Assembly (NCBI RefSeq): GCF_000023965.1
Contig: NC_013202.1
Coordinates: 1,200,001 to 1,232,000 of the forward strand
Origin: Halomicrobium mukohataei DSM 12286
Lineage (GTDB): Archaea; Halobacteriota; Halobacteria; Halobacteriales; Haloarculaceae
DNA: 32,000 bases
Reading direction: 5' to 3'
A model generated the notes under the pieces. That model was not told the DNA's origin. It made no database searches and worked only from the letters and a program-made list of their open reading frames with translations. The translations under genes were made by a program, and so were the position numbers. Positions 27,049 through 32,000 of this stretch are shown piece after piece; position 1 is the first letter of the stretch; every line of letters begins with the position of its first letter.

Positions 27049-28194
27049 ATGAATCGGACCGACTCGCCGACGACCGCACCGTCGGTCGAGGACCTCGCGT
27101 CCGTCTTTCAGGTCTACCAGGTCCGCCGCGACGGGGATCGGCTCCTCTACGTCGGACGGCCCCGCGTCCAGCCAGACGCCGTCGAGCGACGGCTCTGGGA
27201 CCGGTTTCGCGAGTCGGGCTACGAGATCTCGCTGGAGCGAGAGTACGACACCGACGCCGACACGCCGATGCCGACCCACGGCTGGGTCCTCGTGGCCCGT
27301 CCCCACTCCGTCGGGATCGACGGGATCCCCTGGACGAACATCCTCCTGGCGCTGTTGACCACCGCGTCGACGCTGCTGGTCGGTGCCGTCCAGTGGTACC
27401 ACGTCGACCTCGGCGCGAACCCGCTCGGGGTCTTCCGCGCCTGGCCGTTCGTGGCGGCCGTCCTCGGCGTCCTCGCGGTCCACGAGCTGGGACACTACGT
27501 CGCGAGCCGGTACCACGGCGTCGACGCGAGCCTCCCCTACTTCATCCCGTTCCCGACGCTGATCGGGACGATGGGTGCGGTCATCCGCATGAAAGGACGG
27601 ATCCCCGATCGCAAGGCGCTGTTCGACATCGGAGCGTCCGGACCGCTGGCGGGCCTCGTCGCGACGGTCGTCGTCTCGGCGATCGGGCTCCAGCTCGATC
27701 CCGTCGTTACGCAGGATGCGATCGCCGCCGGCTCCGACGCGCCGGTCGTCCGCTTTCACAACCCGCTCCTGCTGGAGCTGATCGCCGCCGCCACCGGTAC
27801 ACTGGAGACGCTTCGCTCCGGGACGATCCACCCGGTCGTCTTCGGTGGGTGGGTCGGGATGTTCATCACGTTCCTGAACCTCCTGCCGGTCGGGCAACTC
27901 GACGGCGGCCACATCGTCCGGGCGCTGTACGGCGAGCGCCAGGAGACGATCGCCGCTGCCGTTCCCGCGGCGCTGTTCGGGTTGGCTGGCTACCTCTACT
28001 TCCTGCAGGACGTGACTAACGCCGTCGGCATCTGGGTCATGTGGGGGCTGCTGGCGACGGGACTCGCCTACGCCGGCCCGGCGACCCCCATCCGGGACTC
28101 GCCGCTCGACTCCAAGCGGACGCTGCTCGGCGTCTTCACGTTCGTCCTGGGGGTCCTCTGTTTCACCCCGGTGCCGTTCGAACTGGTGACGTGA
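27049..28194 (+). CDS. Site-2 protease family (M50) membrane metalloprotease
   Basis: HELGHYVASR (HExxH), NLLPVGQLDGGH, polytopic. The ATG at 27049 sits about 29 nt after a TTTTATG box. Confidence 0.85.
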   Translation: MNRTDSPTTAPSVEDLASVFQVYQVRRDGDRLLYVGRPRVQPDAVERRLWDRFRESGYEISLEREYDTDADTPMPTHGWVLVARPHSVGIDGIPWTNILLALLTTASTLLVGAVQWYHVDLGANPLGVFRAWPFVAAVLGVLAVHELGHYVASRYHGVDASLPYFIPFPTLIGTMGAVIRMKGRIPDRKALFDIGASGPLAGLVATVVVSAIGLQLDPVVTQDAIAAGSDAPVVRFHNPLLLELIAAATGTLETLRSGTIHPVVFGGWVGMFITFLNLLPVGQLDGGHIVRALYGERQETIAAAVPAALFGLAGYLYFLQDVTNAVGIWVMWGLLATGLAYAGPATPIRDSPLDSKRTLLGVFTFVLGVLCFTPVPFELVT

Positions 28195-28221
28195 CCGCCC
28201 GGAGCCGCTACGATAAATCGT

Positions 28222-28308
28222 CTCACACGGAAAGTTGTCGTTGCTTACCGGTGAGCGTCTACCCCGTGGCGACGCTCACCGGTACATTCCGACAACCGTC
28301 CGTATCAG
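28222..28308. repeat. Structured palindromic element, copy A (85-87 nt)
   Basis: Lower stem GTTGTCG/CGACAAC, upper stem TACCGGTGAGCGTC/GACGCTCACCGGTA (14 bp perfect), 11-nt loop. Shares TTGCTTACCGGTGA, CACCGGTA and CCGTATCAG with copy B. Confidence 0.8.
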
Positions 28309-29171
28309 TGGCTGTACCCCCGGTCGGGGAGCGACTCGCCGTCGAGGGTCACTCCGGCTTCGGTGACGGTGCCGATCGGCGTGAGCGGACAGGGCGTCGC
28401 GGTCCGAGCCCGTTCGACCTCGTCTTCGGGCACCGTACAAACGAGTTCGAAGTCCTCGCCGAAGAACGCTCCCAGTTCGAGGCGTTCGTCGCTCCCGTCG
28501 GCCACGTCGTCGACGCTGTCGTCGATCGGCAACGGGGTCTCGACGGCCATCCCGCAGTCCGACGCCCCGGCGAGCTGGTGGAGCGATCGGGCCAGCCCGT
28601 CGCTGGAGTCCATCATGGCCGTCGCGATACCGGACAACGCCGTTCCGGCCTCGACACGTGGCTCGAAGCGAAACAGCTCGTTGGCCCGCTCGTCGTCGCC
28701 GCGCTCGAACAGCCGGAGCCCAGCGCCACTCCGGCCGAGCGTGCCGGTGACACAGACCACGTCGCCGACGGTCGCCCCGGAGCGCAACACCGGCTCGTCC
28801 GTCCGGCCGAGCCCGGTCGTCGCGACCGTGAACTCGTCGTGGCCGTCGAGGTCGCCCCCGACGTACTCGGCTCCGACCGCCTCACACACCTCGCTGGCAC
28901 CCTCGACGAACGCGGTCAGCGCGTCGGCCTCGAACGTCGGCGCGCCGTACACCGCCACGGCCGCGGTCGCGTCGGCACCCATCGCCGCTACGTCCGACAG
29001 CGAGGCACCGACGGCGCGCCAGCCGGCGGTGTAGCGGGTCGTCCCGTCGGGAAAGTCCGTCGTCTCGTGGAGCATGTCGGTCGTCAGCACCTGGCCGTCG
29101 ACGACGGCACAGTCGTCGCCCGCCCCCGGCAACCGTGTGCCGATCATCGCGAGTGCCGCGCGTTCGTCCAT
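28305..29171 (-). CDS. thiL: Thiamine-monophosphate kinase
   Basis: ATG at 29169-29171 (MDERAALAMIG) within track ORF 28305..29648. AIR-synthase-related blocks GDDCAVV, DMLHETTDFP, GGDLDGHDE, DSSDGLARSL. Confidence 0.85.
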   Translation of the reverse strand: MDERAALAMIGTRLPGAGDDCAVVDGQVLTTDMLHETTDFPDGTTRYTAGWRAVGASLSDVAAMGADATAAVAVYGAPTFEADALTAFVEGASEVCEAVGAEYVGGDLDGHDEFTVATTGLGRTDEPVLRSGATVGDVVCVTGTLGRSGAGLRLFERGDDERANELFRFEPRVEAGTALSGIATAMMDSSDGLARSLHQLAGASDCGMAVETPLPIDDSVDDVADGSDERLELGAFFGEDFELVCTVPEDEVERARTATPCPLTPIGTVTEAGVTLDGESLPDRGYSH

Positions 29172-29267
29172 GGCTGTGTCTGGCCGGCCAGCCACAAAAA
29201 CCGTCGCGGTCCCGCCTTCGGCCACCGGTATCGGTGATTTGAAACGCGAGCCGCTTCTCGCCTCGGT

Positions 29268-30296
29268 ATGGCCGATCGCCTCCCGACGATCGTCGGGTTC
29301 GCCGGCACGCTCGTCGTCCTCGGCGCGCTCGTCTGGTTCGTCGGCGCTGGCGACATCCTCGCCGCGCTCTCGCGAGCCGACCGGTCGGTGCTTGCCGCCG
29401 TGGTCGCCGTCGCCGTCCTCTGGCTCTGTCTCTGGGGGATGGCGCTCAAGACCGTCCTCGACTCGCTTGGCGCGCCGGTGGCGTCTCACACCGCGATTCT
29501 CGTCTTCTCGGCGGCGGTGTTCTCGAACAACGTCACGCCCTTCGGGCAGGCCGGCGGCGAGCCGGTCAGTGCGCTTCTCATCTCCGAGGCCGCCGACACC
29601 GAGTACGAGACCGGGCTCGCTGCCATCGCCAGCGTCGACACGCTTCACTTCGTGCCCTCGATCGGCTTCGCCGTCGGCGCGTTCACCTTCGTCGCTGCCG
29701 GCGCGGTACAGCTTGGGCGCAATCTGCTGTTCGCCGCTGGCGCGATCGCGACGCTCGCCGTCGGGCTGCCGACTGCTGCCTATCTGGGGTGGCGCTACCG
29801 GTACGAACTCGAAGCGGCCGTCGTCCGGTCTCTCACCTCCGTCGCCCGCACGGTCGGCCGCGTCGTCCCTCGCTGGACGCCCCCGTCACCAGCGGCGCTC
29901 GAACACCGCATCGAGGGCTTCTTTACCTCGATCGACCGCATCGCTGGGGACCGACGAGCGCTCCTCGTCGCGACCGGCTTTTCCGCGGCGGGATGGCTCG
30001 CGCTCGGCGTCGCGCTGTGGCTGTCGCTGTACGCGCTCGGCGAGCCGGTCGAGTTCTCCTCGGTGATGCTGGCGATTCCGGTCGCGATGGTCGCCGGTAT
30101 CGCCCCGCTGCCCGGCGGTTCGGGCGCTATCGAGTCGGTGCTGGCGACGCTGCTGGTCGCGACGACCGGGGTTCCCTCTGCGGTCGCGCTGTCCGCCGCG
30201 CTCCTCTACCGGGGCGCGACCTACTGGCTGCCCATCCTCGTCGGCGGCGGCGTCGCCAGTTTCCTCGGTGCCGACCGGGCCGCTGGCGACGGATAG
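29268..30296 (+). CDS. Flippase-like / lysylphosphatidylglycerol-synthase TM-region family membrane protein (UPF0104)
   Basis: 342 aa polytopic protein. Contains FSNNVTPFGQAGGEP and PLPGGSGAIES, which I recall as typical of the UPF0104/LPG_synthase_TM family. Confidence 0.7.
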   Translation: MADRLPTIVGFAGTLVVLGALVWFVGAGDILAALSRADRSVLAAVVAVAVLWLCLWGMALKTVLDSLGAPVASHTAILVFSAAVFSNNVTPFGQAGGEPVSALLISEAADTEYETGLAAIASVDTLHFVPSIGFAVGAFTFVAAGAVQLGRNLLFAAGAIATLAVGLPTAAYLGWRYRYELEAAVVRSLTSVARTVGRVVPRWTPPSPAALEHRIEGFFTSIDRIAGDRRALLVATGFSAAGWLALGVALWLSLYALGEPVEFSSVMLAIPVAMVAGIAPLPGGSGAIESVLATLLVATTGVPSAVALSAALLYRGATYWLPILVGGGVASFLGADRAAGDG

Positions 30297-30405
30297 TCGA
30301 CGGCCGTCTCTCCCGTGTGCCATTGCGTGTAATTTCTCGGAGAGCGTCGCCAGACGGCGTGTGGCGACATCTCGCACGGGCCGCGGTCGGTAGTAAACGA
30401 TGGCC

Positions 30406-30411
30406 TTAAAT
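30406..30411 (+). promoter_or_regulatory. TATA-like box (TTAAAT) upstream of rps19e
   Basis: Centred about 27 nt upstream of the ATG at 30436 (leaderless geometry). Confidence 0.45.
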
Positions 30412-30435
30412 GACGCCGACGGGTACCAGAGTGCA

Positions 30436-30897
30436 ATGACGACGCTCTACGACGTGCCCGCGGACGAGCTCATCGAGGCCGCCGCGGTCGAGCTCGCCGA
30501 GGAGGACGCCATCGACGCGCCCGACTGGGCCGAGTTCACCAAGACCGGTAAGGATCGCGAACTGCCGCCCGAACAGGACGACTTCTGGCAGCGCCGCGCC
30601 GCAAGCGTCCTCCGGAAGGTCGCCACCGACGGCCCCGTCGGCGTCGGGACGCTCCGAACCGCCTACGGCACCTCGAAGAAGGGAACCAACCGCTATCAGG
30701 TCCGTCCCCACCAGAAGGCCGACGCCTCCGGCAACATCATCCGTACGATCCTCCAGCAGCTCGAAGAGGTCGGCTACGTCGAAGCCGCCGGTGGCGAGGG
30801 CCGCCGCGTCTCCGCCGACGGCCGCGCGTTCCTCGACGAACTCGCCGGTGAGGTCCTCGAAGACCTCGACCGACCGGAACTCGAACGCTACGCCTAA
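30436..30897 (+). CDS. rps19e: 30S ribosomal protein S19e
   Basis: MTTLYDVPADELIE..., PDWAEFTKTGKDRELPPEQDDFW, RRAASVLRKV, SGNIIRTILQQLE. The ATG at 30436 sits about 27 nt after a TTAAAT box. The upstream ATG at 30400 is rejected. Confidence 0.93.
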   Translation: MTTLYDVPADELIEAAAVELAEEDAIDAPDWAEFTKTGKDRELPPEQDDFWQRRAASVLRKVATDGPVGVGTLRTAYGTSKKGTNRYQVRPHQKADASGNIIRTILQQLEEVGYVEAAGGEGRRVSADGRAFLDELAGEVLEDLDRPELERYA

Positions 30898-30902
30898 CGA
30901 CC

Positions 30903-30945
30903 TTTTTCCAGCGGGGGTGCGCGAAGCGCACCCCGCTTGCAAAAA
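30903..30945. terminator. Bidirectional terminator-like hairpin flanked by T5 and A5
   Basis: T5 at 30903-30907 directly follows the rps19e stop. The stem is GCGGGGGTGCGC / GCGCACCCCGC (30911-30936, GAA loop, one bulged G). A5 lies at 30941-30945. Confidence 0.5.
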
Positions 30946-31609
30946 CGTCGATGAAAAAGCCGGAATCGCCGTGCGATTCCAGTGAATCGCGCGAACTGCC
31001 GGGTTCTTCGAACCGCTCGTTCGCGCGAATGCTCGTAGTCAATACGCACAATCCGTGAATAGATGATTCTGCCGATGTCTGCCGGAATAACTGTACTGTG
31101 AACGTTTCTACGACCTGTGTGTTACAGCCCGCGGAGTGTCCGATCGGTCAGCCGCCAGGATGCCGACGCTCGCGTCTCGTCGCGAGCGCACGGGGAGGAA
31201 GTGAGATTCCATAGGAATCTCAGCAAGACGAGCGGGGAACGCAGTGACCCGCGAGTCACGGGGACTGCGGTGGCGGTGCGGTCGGCGGCGCGCACTCGGG
31301 CGCGCCGCTACAGAGCGCCGACAGGCGACTCATACGGTTTATTGTAGTTGCTTACCGGTGATCGTCGCCACGGAGTAGACAATCACCGGTAAATCGCTAC
31401 AATAATCCGTATCAGAGGGTGCGCCAGCGTCGTTGGCGCTCCCGCAGCGGTCCTGGTGTCCTCGTGAGCGGCGGAGCCGCGAACGAGGGCTCGGGAGAGC
31501 TCGCTCTCCCGGTGGAATACTGAGGGCGAGGCAGTCGCGCCAGCGACCTGCCGAGGGCTTCGGTGGAAAGAAATTTTGGCGCGAAGCCAGTAGTGGTGGT
31601 AGAGACAGT
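30946..31609. other. Long non-coding, hairpin-dense spacer (candidate ncRNA locus)
   Basis: No ORF here has haloarchaeal (acidic, high GC3) character. Perfect stems: 30962-30980 (8 bp), 30987-31028 (10 bp), 31167-31188 (8 bp), 31202-31222 (9 bp), 31285-31308 (9 bp), plus repeat copy B and palindrome 31493-31510. Confidence 0.4.
31329..31415. repeat. Structured palindromic element, copy B (85-87 nt)
   Basis: Same segment lengths as copy A. Lower stem ATTGTAG/CTACAAT, upper stem TTACCGGTGATCGTC/GACAATCACCGGTAA (one mismatch), outer ATACGG/CCGTAT pairing. Confidence 0.8.
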
Positions 31610-31960
31610 ATGAGCGGTGAACCAGACGAGGAACGACTCAAGGAACTGCGCGAAAAGAAGATGGAGCAGCTGAAAGAACAGCAGGGCGGTGAGGGCGACG
31701 CCGAGGCTCGCGAGGAGGCCAAGCAACAGCGGGAGGCCCAGAAGAAGGCGGTCCTGCGACAGAACCTCACCGACGAGGCCCGCAAGCGGCTCAACACCCT
31801 GAAGATGTCCAAGCCACAGCGCGGCGAGCAGATCGAGCAGCAGGTCGTCTCGCTGGCCCAGAGCGGCCGGATTCAGGGCAAGATCGACGACGAGAAGATG
31901 AAGCAGTTGCTCAAAGAGCTGACCCCCGACTCGAAGAGCTTCGACATCCAGCGCAGATAG
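31610..31960 (+). CDS. PDCD5/TFAR19-family DNA-binding protein
   Basis: ATG at 31610 within track ORF 31433..31960. [24 protein letters not shown]..., [43 protein letters not shown]. Confidence 0.85.
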   Translation: MSGEPDEERLKELREKKMEQLKEQQGGEGDAEAREEAKQQREAQKKAVLRQNLTDEARKRLNTLKMSKPQRGEQIEQQVVSLAQSGRIQGKIDDEKMKQLLKELTPDSKSFDIQRR

Positions 31961-32000
31961 ATGCGCTGTGGGGTCCTGTACAGCGGCGGGAAGGACTCGA
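31961..32000 (+). CDS. PP-loop ATPase, diphthine--ammonia ligase-like (5' end only, truncated by window)
   Basis: The ATG immediately follows the preceding stop. MRCGVLYSGGKDS contains the SGGKDS PP-loop. Only 13 codons are visible. Confidence 0.5.
   Translation, partial: MRCGVLYSGGKDS

Noticed and set aside
31050-31110. C/D-box sRNA (AGATGATT ... CTG) in the AT-rich patch after rps19e
   Set aside because: The C-box is imperfect, there is no clear terminal D box (CUGA) at an appropriate distance, and there is no k-turn-forming terminal pairing.
31110-31600. Identification of the structured spacer as RNase P RNA or SRP 7S RNA
   Set aside because: An 8-bp hairpin followed by GGGGAGGAAGU (31167-31201) superficially resembles P3 plus CR-I. 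However, I find no GGAAAGUCC-type CR-I, no ACAGAA..GGCUUA-type CR-V partner and no SRP helix-8-like motif on either strand. It is kept only as an unassigned ncRNA candidate.
1-32000. CRISPR arrays, IS elements or transposases, integrases, prophage genes, tRNA or rRNA genes, toxin-antitoxin or other defence genes
   Set aside because: I scanned both strands for regularly spaced repeats, T-loop-like GTTCRAATC strings, and transposase, integrase or nuclease-like ORFs, and found none. Every long credible ORF is a housekeeping or bioenergetic gene.

Overview
GC-rich, acidic-proteome chromosomal core region of a haloarchaeon (class Halobacteria). All identifications come from reading the ORF translations and the DNA by eye; no searches were run. 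I support 31 protein genes and recognise no rRNA, tRNA, CRISPR array, IS element or integrase. Gene order: etfB; a surface-associated trio (membrane-anchored wHTH protein, secreted protein, DUF1628-type pilin-like protein); a SAM methyltransferase; the A-type ATP synthase cluster atpH-I-K-E-C-F-A-B; a bacteriorhodopsin gene with lycopene cyclase and Brp/Blh beta-carotene dioxygenase genes; atpD; a Zn-ribbon protein; aRF1; MinD-like ATPase; ArgRS; an S2P protease; class I LysRS; UMP kinase; a small wHTH-like protein; a second S2P protease; ThiL; a flippase-like membrane protein; ribosomal protein S19e; a PDCD5-like DNA-binding protein; and the first codons of a PP-loop (diphthine-ammonia ligase-like) gene. 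Most of this is ordinary housekeeping. Four things deserve a second look. (1) A complete light-driven proton pump module (bop-crtY-blh) sits between atpB and atpD, inside the ATP synthase cluster. (2) An 85-87 nt palindromic structured element occurs twice, with pairing-preserving substitutions and a reverse-complemented apical loop. (3) A ~700 nt non-coding, hairpin-dense spacer follows rps19e and is a candidate ncRNA locus. (4) Several long AT-rich spacers (atpI/atpK, pyrH/small wHTH gene, Zn-ribbon/aRF1) carry promoter-like boxes and structured or palindromic motifs. I cannot tell whether any of these is truly undescribed without database comparison.
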